Positions 21,901-35,130 of a stretch of DNA of 64,000 nucleotides are shown piece by piece (position 1 is the first letter of the stretch; every line of letters starts with the position of its first letter). The stretch covers positions 18,724,001 through 18,788,000 of the forward strand of contig CM119375.1 of assembly GCA_051294905.1 (NCBI GenBank), in the 5' to 3' direction. The notes beneath the pieces are model-generated. The model did not search any database. It was not told the DNA's origin and saw only the letters and a program-made list of their open reading frames with translations. This stretch comes from Botryllus schlosseri. Taxonomy: Eukaryota. Both the position numbers and the translations under genes were made by a program.

Positions 21901-24900
21901 AATTCTACTAAATAAACACTAGACAACCCTCGACATAAACGATCCACGATCTGACACATCGACCTCGCCTACAGGGACATGTTACTTGAATTTCATTGCT
22001 TGTCTTTTTCATGCTATATATTGCTTCTTTTTAGTCAGCGTTCAATGTACAATGCACAATGCGTGGCTCTTATGCACAATGCACATGTTCTCAGTGAAGG
22101 TTGATGTCTAATCGAAAAAACGATACATGTCGTTTCGACTCCGCGCTATCATTTTATGTTACCACAACTTTGTGGTGTTTTGAAATGATAAAATTAATAC
22201 TCAACTGAACCGAACTGTATACTGTATACTCGTTACTCGCGTGGAACAAGCTAGAGTGTGAAAGGCGGCGTTGGTATAAATCTTTTGGCATTATTGCGAC
22301 ACCGGATTCTCAGTGGCACAAATTCTGTATTTTCTCGATTAATTTGAGCGGGAGCCTTCTGTACATCAATAAACTTGATCGACACCGAACAGAATGGTAA
22401 CGGACGCAACAATATCCAATTTTAAACTATGCATATTTGGTAGAAATCGTATTTCTATTCATTGATAGTCTCGACATATAATAATAATCGCACCTGTTTC
22501 CGATCCCGAATAAATTCGACTACATGGCTCGAAATTAATGAGTATAACACTATTAAAACATTACATCCGTGTTTTACCGCTGTAAATGCTGTAGATTAGA
22601 CCTCTTACATTACATGTACCTAAATGCGTTCTCCTCTATCCTGGACGAGATCAAGTGCCGGTGGGATTCGATTCCGAATCGTGCTTCGACTTCGCGTCTA
22701 ATCGTATATGCGAATATTACTCATTATAGCGTCATAAGAGTATGGATGATGCAGAAAGTTCAAATGGATACCTTTTATGCTACCGGAGAGAATATAATAC
22801 CAGTTCGACATGATGTTGATGTCAATTTGGTATTTTTGAACATACCTATTTCGTAACATTTATGGCAATGCTTTGAATAGATCGCGGCTTCACTGAATTT
22901 TTATTTCCACCTCCATGCGTAGCTTTGCACTGCATGTTATATATGCTATAACATGACCAATCGAGGTTTCGGGGCTTCCATGATAGGGAAGTAGTATCAA
23001 AAGGATAAAAGAATATAATTTCGTTACTCGAAAAAATCATATCTCTCTACACCACTCGAATCATTACAATTAATGGTCGATTCTGATTCGAGTATTCGAA
23101 TCCATGCGCCTAGCCCTATTGTTCTCGTGCGACTATGGGTGCGTTCATGCATGGATTCTGATAATAACCCCAGAAACGTTCTCATAATTTGTTGCGTTCA
23201 TATCAGAGGAGTTCAGGACTAAAATCCTCAGAATTTTTCCGGAAATATTAGCGTTCAAACCCGTTCACAATTTCCGCGATTTTGCGTTCGCACTAGTCGA
23301 TTATCGTATGGATTATCGTAAATTCTGAACGACGTTCTACGTAAGGTAGCGCTGTTGTGAGATCACCTCGCTGAGGTGTTCCCATCGATGATAACAGACA
23401 GGGTTTTGTTATGACGGAGCATTATAATGGTCATTAAAGGGTCAACAGAAGCTGGGAGCAAGATAAGGAGTGCGATGCGTGATGAAGTGTTTTGTTTCTT
23501 AGTTTTTACTACGGACCATAATATACTTCGTGACAGTCGTGACGACATGTTTCCATACTACAAATTATGCTATCTACCAATATTCAACAAGAAATGTAAA
23601 AACTATTCAGCTTATTCCTGTCGCTCTTGTATTTGTCAACTAAATTTTGATGCAACGTACTCATGAGAAGGCATACCAGACAGCTAGATACACGTGGAAC
23701 ACACTACTTTGGCACCTTGCACAATAAAACTGCAGATAATAATCCGTTCAACAAACCTGGAGAAACGTAGACACAGACTACGGTGTAGTGATAATTTCCC
23801 GTGCGATGTGAACGCGCCCATTCGCAAAACACGAATACGATTGACAGGCATCTCGGGGCCGGCTGCGTTCGGATTCAAATTTGTGGGAACCGAAGTCTGA
23901 GAAATTATGACGTCCACACTATAGCCTCGTGATTCCCGACTGCATTGCTTGTATTCTGAAGATTATTCCGGGAAACTATGTTCTCAAAATTAGGTATGAA
24001 CGCACCCTATGACATCACCGCTCCGGAGTGACTGTGACGCCATAATATTTCCTATGCCCATACACAAAATAAGGGTCGGTGACTATTTGCCTAATCATTC
24101 AGCGGTTGTAGCTTTTATAGCAATCGCTTATGGACGTAGACAATTTTCCGAACGAAAAAAGAAGACAGTATTGGTAATAATAACTAAGTAATTTCAGACT
24201 CACCCGCTATCGAATTCCTTGCGGACAGTCGCAACAGACCCGAAGAACCAGCTGGTTTCTATACTCTACTCACAGCCTGTTTTAACAGCATATACGACTG
24301 CATTCAAAACATCTGTTTTCCGCATTAGATCATCAGTTCAATAGCTCTATTCTACCAACTCGAAATACTCCGATGGTGGGCTGTACGTTGGCGAAATACT
24401 GAACGCTTAGCACATCACCACGAAGGAAACTGCAGTATTAATGAGCTGGCGATACATTAGCTGTACGTTGGAGATATAGTCACAAGTTCAATCTCCTTGC
24501 GATTTCACGATTACACGCGTTAAGAGGTCTCGAAACGAACGCGTAAGATCATCAGACGGCATTCAAATGACGCCGATGTTCAAGTTGGATTTCTACAATG
24601 AAGGAAACATTACAAAATTCGAAGTTGTGAAGCTGATCAATGGTCCTGACATCGTGTAGCTTTTATACGTTAGTTAGGTTAGTAGGTTAACATGTGTTCA
24701 TACATGAGTAAGTAATAAGTATATCTTTCAATACTACATCCATTGCAATAAAAAATGTATTAAAACTCGAAGACTTTTCGGGTGCCTCTTTTCAAGAGTT
24801 AACGGCACACTTGTGAATATATATTATGCATACATGTTCGTCAGTTTTCAATAAATTTGTAGCCCAGGGTAGGAGATTGATTGACTGAATTCACCAAGTC

Positions 24901-24914
24901 GTTTCGATTCCTTC

Positions 24915-26063
24915 TAGGGTTTGGACTTCGGGATCAAATTTGAAATTCCGGGATCGGGATTTCCTGGGATTTTCGTTTCTCAATCCCGGGATTTCCGGGA
25001 TTAGCAAAATAATAAAATACACATACATACAAGCTACATAAACAACATTTATTCCGTGTAATATTGACTCAAAACATGAGAGCATCAATAGCAGTGATTC
25101 CCAACCGCGACTTGCGGCTCTGAGTGACCTCTAAATATGCCACAAAATATAATGGACGAGAGTTGTTGTTTGTTTCTATAAATAGTTATAAGCAATTTCT
25201 GTATAAGAAGGCTGAATTTGGGGATATTAGTTATGTCTAAAGCCGTTCAAGGCCGCTTCTGAAAACAGAGAAACAGAATTCTTTCAGACTAGCGTCAAAC
25301 GCACGGATGAATTAATTTTACTAACATCAAAATAACGGCTCATAGTCAAGTATAAATTACAATTTCAATATTATTCAGCGAATAATCACCTGCAAACTTG
25401 TGTATCAAATGCTGGAATGTATGAAGATGAAGAGCTATCACATAACAACAAAATAGTATGTTTGTAGTAATGAATGCATTTTCGATTTATTTCAATGTAT
25501 AGCACTTGCCAATCTGTGTCTACCAATGCTAAAATAACAGATATACAATCTGTAGAAGTCTATGTACATGTGCATGCTTTTGAGTTTGCTAAATGGTGAG
25601 ATTTAGAGGTAGGTTATTAGCTACCTTTAAAATTTTCGTTATAAGTATATCGTCTACTCGAGTGTTTTGATGCGGCTCCCTACGTATACTCTGAAGTTTG
25701 AAATGCGGCTCCGACATTCAAAATGGTTAGGAACCACTGATCAAGAGTATCATCGCTTAGACGGTTTCGTAATTTGTTGGCGAAATATCCCTAAAATTTG
25801 GGTGGGAGGCGGCAGACGTAGGCCATTTTCGAAAAGGGGCGTTGCAGGAACGTGTAAGGTTAAGAAACAATGTTTTAGAAATTTAGACAATCTGTCCAGT
25901 TTGTGACACTGCTTTATTACCAAAAACTGACATATGACGCTATACGTAAGCCTTGGTAGATGCTGTTCACAAATCCCGGCATTTCGTTCGGGCTAATCCC
26001 GGGATCGGGATTGCTTCAAATCCCGGGATCCCGGGATCGAGATTTCACGGGGTCCCAACGCTA
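24915..26063. mobile_element. Non-autonomous hAT-type element, TSD ATTCCTTC
   Basis: Termini TAGGGTTTGGAC / GTCCCAACGCTA, subterminal CCCGGGAT repeats, perfect 8-bp TSD at 24907-24914 and 26064-26071. Confidence 0.85.
25092..25739. mobile_element. hAT MITE nested in 24915-26063, TSD ATCAA(T/G)AG
   Basis: TIR CAGTGATTCCCAACC / GGTTAGGAACCACTG (13/15 match); TSD 7/8. Confidence 0.8.
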
Positions 26064-27518
26064 ATTCCTTCCTATCTTTTCCTTGTATCGCAATCTTGTG
26101 GTGTTTGATCCTGACAAACTAAACTGAACGGAGCTGAACTGCGCTATTGCGGGTGAAGTAGCTGTATGAGGTGTACGACCTAATACATGATATATGTCGA
26201 TAGCTATTTCGACCCTGTTCGCAATAGCTTCAGTACTACCTTGCGACTAACGTCAGCATACACGCGAATTGAATTTGTTGAATGCGATCCATACATAATT
26301 CATTGACATCACCACCGCCAACCATTGTGATCCATAGACCACTCGCTCAAGCAGTATCGACTATAGATAACTGCACACTTGCACAGTGCGCACTGCTCGA
26401 AAATCCATATAAGTCTCATAGCATCTCATGCTACAGTACTAACGCAACGACACAGTCGGTAAAGTCGCTAATGCGAAAATTAAAATAGAAACTAACGATA
26501 GTTTTGAGATGGCAATTGCACGTTATGACATCACAAGAGGTCAATAACAGTTCGACATGCAGCTGACGCAGTTCTATTACATACAGTCTATGGACTGAAT
26601 TGGCGGCACAATTTCCGCTTGTTCTGGGAAGAAACCGAGTTGGATTGTTTAAATGGGGCAATCCTTTACCTCTATCGGGGTGTGCTGCCTGTTGCATAAT
26701 AAGTTTCCTGCGTTCATTCGAATCGGTAACAATACGGATATTGCAATATGTACACTGTACAGTACATTGTACAATACAATACAAGACGACAATACGTATT
26801 AACCATGCCTTTTAAATATTTCAGAAGCATCAAATTACTCGCACCACATATACACACATGGACTGTGCAAGTACAGTGCAACTCAAGTTAATCATCTCGA
26901 ATATAATCCCGGTTATTTAAATTTGATGCTCCTTGAATGGCAAAATTAAACATTCCTTTCTACGGCATAGTTTATAACAACAGGGTGATCCCATAATGGA
27001 AGAAAAGCTCTACTGAAGTATAAGTAGAATCTGGCGGGTCGCAAAATGGGTAACTCTGATGCTATCAAACGAAGGAATCTGCTGTTCTAATTAAACCAAT
27101 GAAAATTTATTTTGTATGCGCCCTTCGTACTTTCATTGGTTTCTAAGTACGGGTTTCCGTGGGTAAACGACATACATCAAGTTTGGCAATCAATCAAAAT
27201 AGTGGTACAATAATATATAGGTTCTTGTTATCAGTTATCGGGACTATGGCTGACTGAATTTCGCGTGTCAGCAGTTGTACACAATTTTATTCGCTATTCT
27301 GTTTAGAAGCACGTGTCGATTTCAGTCACTTCTTTATTGGGAAACTGATTTCACTAATAAGTGACGAACGGTTAACCGATCTACAGCACAACATACGCAT
27401 TTTGGTTATTTTGTCGATATGATGTCAACACTTTATGCCAACAATACGCTTCTCAACACCAGAAGCAAATTTGTGTTTTACCCGACGTAGACGCCGTCAA
27501 CCTAGTAGAGTAGCAGAC

Positions 27519-28344
27519 CAAGGGTAGCCAACCTTTTTGCTATTCATGGTCGCATTCCTGTTACTCATCTAGCCTGCGACCGGATTCCAGGACATAGTCG
27601 TAGTGAACTAGCTGGCCGCCAAATACCCAATTACCCATGTTAAACCGTCCATGTCCATTTCCGGTGAACTCTGGACTAATCTATTTATTCATATCGGCTT
27701 ACTATACGCATCGAAATCGCGAGTGGTCATGGTATGGGAGTGGGAATGGTCACTCCAAGCGCGAAATTTTTTTCAGATTCACAAGTGAATTTCATTATTA
27801 ACATTAGTAGTTTGACATATTACTATTAAACATTTATCCTTTCTCAGCCCATGTGATCAGATTCCCCAGTAGAGTTGATGGAGAATGTGTTTTCGAAAAT
27901 TTAGGGCAAGTTATAAATGATGATGCATCTTTGGGTGGACCGATTGTTATTAGTCACTTCGTTGAATGCTGTTATTTCTCGACCTCCCATGAGGATTGTC
28001 GGAATAGTGGAAAGATAGGGGGACCACCCAAATGTACCAGAAACAAATTTCTTTCACGAGCACACGATTTCGAGTTGGTATGTCTATATGGGCCGCATCA
28101 TTTTACCCTGCTGCTCCTATCTGTACTATGGAGATCAGATGGCAAAGGACGTTACTATACTAAAATCGAAAATGAAATCGCATTGAATCCCGTGTAGCGC
28201 GAAGAAAATTTCAAGATTAGTTAAAATCTTAGAGTCAGTTCGTGCATTCAATTTGCATATCGACGGCCGCCAACACATAGTAATTGATTTACGTGTCGAC
28301 AGCCGCCCAAATTTCCTTCTTCGGCTGCAGGTTGGCCACTCTTG
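27519..28344. mobile_element. Non-autonomous hAT element, TSD TAG(C/T)AGAC
   Basis: TIR CAAGGGTAGCCAACC / GGTTGGCCACTCTTG (13/15 match); TSD 7/8. Confidence 0.78.
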
Positions 28345-28410
28345 TAGTAGACGATTGAAATGTCTGTATTATTAACATGGTACGAAAGGAAGCATCTAAT
28401 GCGCTATGAG

Positions 28411-29663
28411 CAGGCCTGTTTATTTTTGGATTTCTCCAAAAATTACAAAAATAGCTTAGTTTTAGATGTTTTCAAATTTTATTTTTGGAGAATCTCCAAA
28501 AATGAGAAATGAAGGTGTTTTTAGCTCTATTACTACTGGAAAACTCCACCGAAAGTACGTTATTATCATGTATTAAAGTCCTATAAGCTAACACATCGAC
28601 ATCATCAGTGATCTTGATCCAACTTTCCAATACATTCGTCACAAATTATGTCGTTGGCCTGGAGAATGCCCTTTAAAGAAAAATCAGTGAGAGACACCCG
28701 GCCGAGACCCTTATCCCTTTCAAGATATCGACCTCGACCGTCGCAATTGTGGGAAACGTCGAGCCTAGGGGTCAAAAAACGGATGGATAGCCAACTCTCC
28801 AACCTCCTCAAATTTTTGAGCCTTTGCTCCTGACAAGCGCTCGTAGTAATACAGTAATGCGCTTGAAACCTCAGATCCTCCACGAATATGCCTCATTGAA
28901 CTTGACAGCCCAACACCATCTGACCAGGTAACCTTCCTTGTGGCGGCGTCGTTGTCCCAGTCCTCACCTGGATACAGAGCTCGAAGGCGTTCGACCAGAC
29001 GCCACGATCAGAACGCCAAGACCCTGAAGCTTCCTGACGGTGGTGCTCAGCTCTGTGACCATGAGATCGACAACGATCAGTTGGATCCACTACTGCAGCG
29101 AAGGTGCACAGGCCGGACATTTCTCGTCCATAACACCAAGGAGTTTGGTACGGTGTCCAGTCAAACAAGAGGCCACCTTCTTCATTGACAACCAATGGGC
29201 GTCAACAAACTTGGGACACGTACTTTCCATCTCCTGGATCAAGTTGCGTTGCCGTCTGAGGCAGCCATTCGGTCCCGTCATCGTGTGGATGAAGTGATTG
29301 TGACAGAGGCGGTGGTATTTGATTTCGCTGTTCCCTTTGCCTCACTCAGTCTGCCTGCCCGTCTTCTCTGCGTGTCGCACTGTGAATCTTACAGGAGTGC
29401 AAAGACTGAGGGGCGGGAAGGCAAAGTCAGCAGAAACGTGGAGTGGAATGAGTGGAAGTAGTTTTAGCGTTTCGGTGACCCCTCCCTCACACACATGCTG
29501 TTTTTATGAGTTTCCTGGTTGTTTACATCGCTCTGACTTGTTTATTTCACTGAAAAACTTGAAAACACATCATCCAAAAAAATCTTATTTTAGGATGTTT
29601 TCAAATCTTATTTTTGGAGAATCTCCAAAAATAAAATCCAATATCCAAAAATAAACAGGCCTG
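28411..29663 (-). mobile_element. Internally deleted hAT-like transposon, perfect 21-bp TIR, TSD GCTATGAG
   Basis: CAGGCCTGTTTATTTTTGGAT at both ends; perfect TSD at 28403-28410 and 29664-29671; hairpin TTTTTGGAGA-A-TCTCCAAAAA near each end (28482-28502, 29611-29631). Confidence 0.92.
28605..29300 (-). pseudogene. Fragmented hAT-like transposase C-terminal half
   Basis: Frameshifted and stop-containing pieces LRRQRNLIQEMESTCPKFVDAHWLSMKKVA..., STFPTIATVE and RVSLTDFSLKGILQA lie between the TIRs. Confidence 0.65.
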
Positions 29664-32040
29664 GCTATGAGGTATGATGAATATTCATTTTCTGACTTTG
29701 CAGATGCAAGCACCTTGGGATATACACCTCATGGCGTCAAAACATATGCTATACAGAAAACAAAATATACGGATTTAAGTAAGTGTAAGCAATAAGCCCA
29801 TTTCCTCTACCAAGTAAAATCTGCTATTTCAATGTCTCGCGCCATAGGTTATATATGTTTACTATAACTCTATATTTAATCAGCATACCTCGTAGGTGAT
29901 TTGAGTACTTCTGGTTTTCTTTTCCATACACCCGTTTTTACTTAGGAAGAGTGACCTTCCCGACTTATGCGTTTCTCTGTATATAATCGATATCATCGCT
30001 CAGATGATATAATTCTCGGTCGATACTTCAAAGTACTCAAAGCACTTGGCCTAACCTCCACATATTTCCATTCTACATATGAGTTGATGAGGATAACGAG
30101 AAGAGAACCACGATAATCCCTTTGATGATTTTGGTTTTAACGCTGGGCGTGCAAAACATTACAGAGCATTATCGCGACACAATGAATCAAATATGCCATG
30201 TCGCTTGTATCAATCTGTAACAAAGCGTAACCTCATTTATGGAGTAACCAATGGCACTACGGCTAAATGCAATTTCGCAATTATTATGCCAGGGAGATAC
30301 TGATTACTGAGTCGTTGGATGGTGCGAACAAATATCGATCGAAGACAGGTGACAACTAGCATTTAAGGAGTAATTATATTATTCCAAGTTCACCCGAGGT
30401 TCATCCTTCAATCATTGAACGCATTCACCGTAACCTACAGGGCATCTGTGTCCATTCCATTCCATTATAGATGCGCTTTGTATAGCCACCATTGCTTGAT
30501 CAAGGCTTAATACTGTAGCATATGCATATCGGGGCTTCCATTTAAAGATTTTTGCGCACCTGCTATTGATATGTCGTCATCGCTATTGACATAAGCTATC
30601 CTTAACAGCGGACGTAGAGTGGTGAAGTATATGGTTGTTCTGCGATCAAGTGTCGGTATCTGGCGAATTGACTGACATAACCGCAATTTCTGGTAAAAGC
30701 TGCCAGCAGTCAGATAGAACGTAACATGCAAAAACATTAACTATAGTCAAAAGGCGCTCGATTACACAAGTATGTAATATGAAACAGTAATCTTTAGTGT
30801 CACCCTTAGTTCATATGCAGGTGATTTTGTATATACCTTACTTTCAGCTTCTGAGGAACCACCCACTCCTGTCTGGATAATTAACCTGCTAACACCCAGT
30901 AGTTTGTGGCTGTTTGCTGGAACTAGTTGATCAAGGTGGCAAGTGTGCTTAATCTGTGTTTGTGTATATTCCCTGTTGTGTGCTCGCTCTTCTTCAGGGA
31001 TTATAGTGATGTAGCAACATGGCGACTTACACATGTCCGTATCTCGTGGATATTGAAATTGTGATACTTTACTACTTCTTTACCTGAGTTAGTAGTTAGG
31101 GAATGGGTTGGCGCTTCAAGGCAGAAGCTATCACGCCTGCTGTTCGGTTCCAAATGCCTCTCCTAGAAAGTATTTCAAAATCGACAATAGCTAATGAGTA
31201 ATATGGCTTATTGTGGCGAGTTGCATGGTGTCACAAAATGATGATTGACGTAATGACTCTATCACAATCCGCACTTTTACTTGACATGATGCTAATAGCA
31301 TGGTATTCACGTAGTTATTAACAAATAGTAGCATAATGCATGGGGAAGTAATCGAATCGACAATGCGAATTTGCGTAAGGTAAAATAAGGAGGAGTATTT
31401 TGGAGCAGAAATATTCAACTTGAAAATTTTGCGTGCTCCGTGAGATTTACAGTGTGCTTAGTGTCTGTCGATTTTTCAATGGTTGCGTATACCCGCTTGC
31501 CGATAAAGAAAAATTTGAATATAACTGTGAGCTGCCTGTGCATGGATGCGGGAAGGGATGATGTGAACGTGAGGTTCACGTTCGTGTTCTGTGTGTGAAC
31601 CTCAGAAATCGAGATTTATCACGTCATAATTACATCTATAGTTCAAATTCTTTGGATGTCAACTTCAGACCACTCTATGCAAGGCGCTGGCAGCATAAAA
31701 ATAATCAACACTAAACGAGCATACACCTTACAAATACCAAAAATTCTACTTGCTGTGTTACAAAGGTTTGCTCGAAATATCCTGCTTTCCTGTTGTGAAT
31801 ATTTAGTGACTCTCTGCTGTGAGCTTGACCCGCAATCACATGACATCAAGAACGAAATACAGTACATGTAAGTAATCAGCGTATGATGCTTATTCAACCA
31901 ATGATTGAAATCGATGTGAAAAAATACGTCGTTGTCTAATGTAAAAATCCAAGCAGGCGTTCGTTATCCATCTGCTCAATATCAATGTCGCAATAGTCAG
32001 ACGTCGAATACATTGCCCGGTCTGGCCTTAACGGTTAAGG

Positions 32041-32379
32041 TAGGGTTACCATACGTTCTCGTTTAAGAGGATTTGTCCTCTTTTTTGAAAGTGGCATCGG
32101 AGGTCACCCAAATGTCCTCTTTTTTGAGATTTTGTCCTCTGTTTTGATAATTTTGGTTGAATATAGGGCAAAATTCATCTGAGATACAGTAAATCAGCAC
32201 GGAAGTTCGCTCCCGCGGCTATTTCGGGAGCTGAGCGGGAAAGCTGGCCTTCTTTTTAGTCAACCGACCACGAAGTGGGAAAAACTTTCCATTTTTTTAA
32301 GGATTTTCCTTTGGTATTGCAAGCCTGAAAATTTTGAAAAAGTGCCCTATTTTCAGATTTCCAAAATATGGTTACGCTA
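32041..32379 (+). mobile_element. MITE (TAGGGTTACCATA terminus) nested in copy A
   Basis: Termini TAGGGTTACCATA / TATGGTTACGCTA; flanks GGTTAAGG and GGTTTTAAGG; absent at the equivalent site of copy B; sister copy at 45014-45396. Confidence 0.8.
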
Positions 32380-32413
32380 GGTTTTAAGGCATAAGCTTAC
32401 ATTCCCTTGCAAG

Positions 32414-32569
32414 CAATGTTCCCTCTAATTTTTGACGAGTCTGCGCACACTCACCAACTCACTGCGCAGACCTTTAGACAACAGTGCGTAACGACTAAAA
32501 AAAAGGTCATCACTTTGGATTTTTTGTGCGCAACTTAGATTTTCTGTGCGCAGCTTAGAAGGAACATTC
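32414..32569 (+). mobile_element. Small hAT MITE nested in copy A, TSD CTTGCAAG
   Basis: Termini CAATGTTCCCTCT / AGAAGGAACATTC; perfect 8-bp TSD; sister copy at 39735-39919. Confidence 0.82.
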
Positions 32570-33832
32570 CTTGCAAGTCCTCGTCGAAATTGATGGCAAA
32601 GCGACGAAAGATATTGATTTTGTGGGATTAATAAAGCATTTGATTGCTCCAGTTAATACATTTTGTGACGTTTAAAAAATCAGCATGTAATTCAGTATTG
32701 TGGCATAATGTGGCCTGAGTCGTCACTAGGTATATATGGGTCGAAATTAATATATCACTTCACTGACATGTTAGTCTGGAATTAGCAATGTGACGTCACA
32801 AAGTTCACGTTTGCGTTCACACAGAACCTTTCAAAAAGGTTCGCGTTCACACGAACCTGAACCTTTCAGGGGTTTGGACCATCCCTTGTTGCGGGACTAA
32901 GAGGCAACAGCTTTTTGGCGCTAAAAAGACATACCGAGGCAGATACAGTTTGTGCCAACACGAAGTGCGATCCCAGAAAGATCGTCGGTGATAGAACCTT
33001 GGCCGAAGATCGTGCCGGATGGCCCGCTTGCATCATGAGTCCAGCGGTACAAATGCGACCAGCAGAGAAAAATATTGCGCTAATAAATGCGAATTCCCGT
33101 TTCACCAAAGAAGTTTATCTATTAATTTGTTGTAGGTAGTACGAGTGAGCGATCTTTTTACACAGGTCTTGAGATAACAGCATGTTTCAACAAAGCAATT
33201 AATGACAGTTGGCCCACCCGACGCTCACCCTCGAGAAGCTCATGAATAGCCTGTCCGTGTTGCATGAACAAATAGCTCAAGTGATATAATCACGAGCCCT
33301 CTAAATCATCGGAGACACCGCCTCTATCAGCTCTACCGGTAAATCTGGTAATGATAACTTACATGTAATATGCAAGTTACAATATTATGGATCAATTTCT
33401 TTCGTTAACTTTGAAAAGTAATGCGGAAATATTGGCACGCTGATTTTCCATAATATTAATATTATAACGAAACATTATGTCTGCGGGTGGAATAAATGTA
33501 GGTGGATCGCATCGATGTTGTGTTAATCATCCAATAAGGGCCCAACACCATCGTTTTTTACCTATATTATTTCACATCTTTAGGAGGGTACTTTTACGTC
33601 ATCATAGTTCCCCGAAAAATATATTTTATGGCTACGCCCTTGGATGCCCCACTAACAACAGAAATTGAAATGACGAAACATACTAACGACATATGTAGTT
33701 CTATGATTCCGTGATCCCTTGATGATTTGCTCAAACAGACTGACGCTTTACATCATGCAAGCAAGAATCACGCACACTGTATATATCAGACTTCGACAAC
33801 TAGAAAATTTTCAGCTTTTTCAAATATATGAG

Positions 33833-34028
33833 CAGTGGCGGCTCGTGACAATATCGGGTGGTGGGGCAAGGGCTGCAAGCTACTTTTTATTGAGATGACG
33901 TCACAATGGCGTTTTCCAACGTAAACAAGTAACTTAATGATGGTACGGTAACACGAATTTGCAACAGTGATTTTAACGTATGTGCCACGAGAGGTCCGCC
34001 GGTGAGCTGTGACTTGAAGTGTGGTGAC
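33833..34028 (+). repeat. hAT-like terminal fragment, same family as 8880-9060
   Basis: About 190 bp of homology starting CAGTGGCGGCTCGTGAC. Confidence 0.72.
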
Positions 34029-34958
34029 TGCGTAAACGGCGTACGGAACAAAGATTCAACACGGTTCATGTTCGCACTAGACCTGGAAATGACTATAACT
34101 CGAGAGATAACGTAAGCCTAACTGGAAAGGTCAACGAGTTCGGACAGATACGCAATTGTTATCTCATAGATTGGGCCTGTCATATTGAATCCAAAACATC
34201 ATTCTGAAGAACTAAGAATAGCAGCCTCGGAAATTCGGTCTCGGTACAGCATAGGAGATTTTGGCCTTGAAACTGGAGACTGCAACACGACACATATGGC
34301 TTTATTACTGTCTATAGGTCTGCTGCGAAATCGCCTTTGGAAAATATATTACCCAGGGATATATAGAACTCCGGGATGGCTGACTTCTTTTTGGCCTATA
34401 CATAAGTAGGGCTATATATCAAGCTGCAATCTACCTCGAAATCTTCACTTTTTTCGCAAGTTAGCGATGTAGGTGTTTATACAATCAGGTTCCTTCACCT
34501 TTTGCCGCCTTCCTGGTGAGTAAGCAAGACATTCTAGAAAGCATGGGTCTTCCCATACCTCATTCTTTATGCTATATAGACAAATAAGCAAACTCTTACA
34601 ACGTTGAATTTCATTAATTTCATACAGTTTACCCAGAGGTAATACATAAAAAGGTGGATAATGAAGAAAATCAGCATTTTCTAAACGTTCAATACTTTGT
34701 TTTCCAATCTTTTTCAGTGTGGATGATATTTTTGAAAAGTATTTGGGAGAAGTAATATAAGTCAATCAGGGAGGAGTAAATATATGATGACTGAGACTTT
34801 TTGAATTGTACGGGCTCTTTCGAATACTACAACACGCCAAATATTTCTCCACTTTTTCAGCAATAGACATTCCTGAGCTTTATCGTCATTGGGTGTGCAG
34901 TACATCCCGAATCAAGCTTCTGGAGGGTTCGATACTAATCCACAAGTATTGGAAATTA

Positions 34959-35130
34959 TGTGTAATGGTGATGCGTCCGGCTTCTCGATCGATAGGTTGT
35001 AGGTTCGATTCCCGGTCGGGTCATACAAAAGACTCGAAAACTGGTATCCGCTGCTATCCGGGTAGGCACTCAGCATTCCCGGATAGCATGGAGAAGAAAA
35101 AGAAACGGGGGGGGGGGGGGGGGGGAGGGG
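34959..35130 (+). mobile_element. tRNA-derived SINE with a poly-G 3' end
   Basis: A-box-like TGTGTAATGG (34959), B box GGTTCGATTCC (35002-35012), then a non-tRNA body GTCATACAAAAGACTCGAAAACTGGTA...GCACTCAGCAT and a run of 19 G (35107-35125). Confidence 0.7.

Larger units (their letters stand above)
31553..32887 (+). mobile_element. Non-autonomous hAT-type family X, copy A, TSD G(A/T)TGCGGG; carries two nested MITEs
   Basis: AGGGATG termini, GTTCAC/GTGAAC subterminal repeats, TSD 7/8; long internal homology to 47044-49009 and 49633-50462. Confidence 0.85.

Noticed and set aside
34445-34765. 106-aa minus-strand ORF as a gene
   Set aside because: TTG start, no family match, no convincing splice sites.
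34959-35022. Functional tRNA gene
   Set aside because: A and B boxes are present but I could not fold a full cloverleaf, and a SINE-type body follows.
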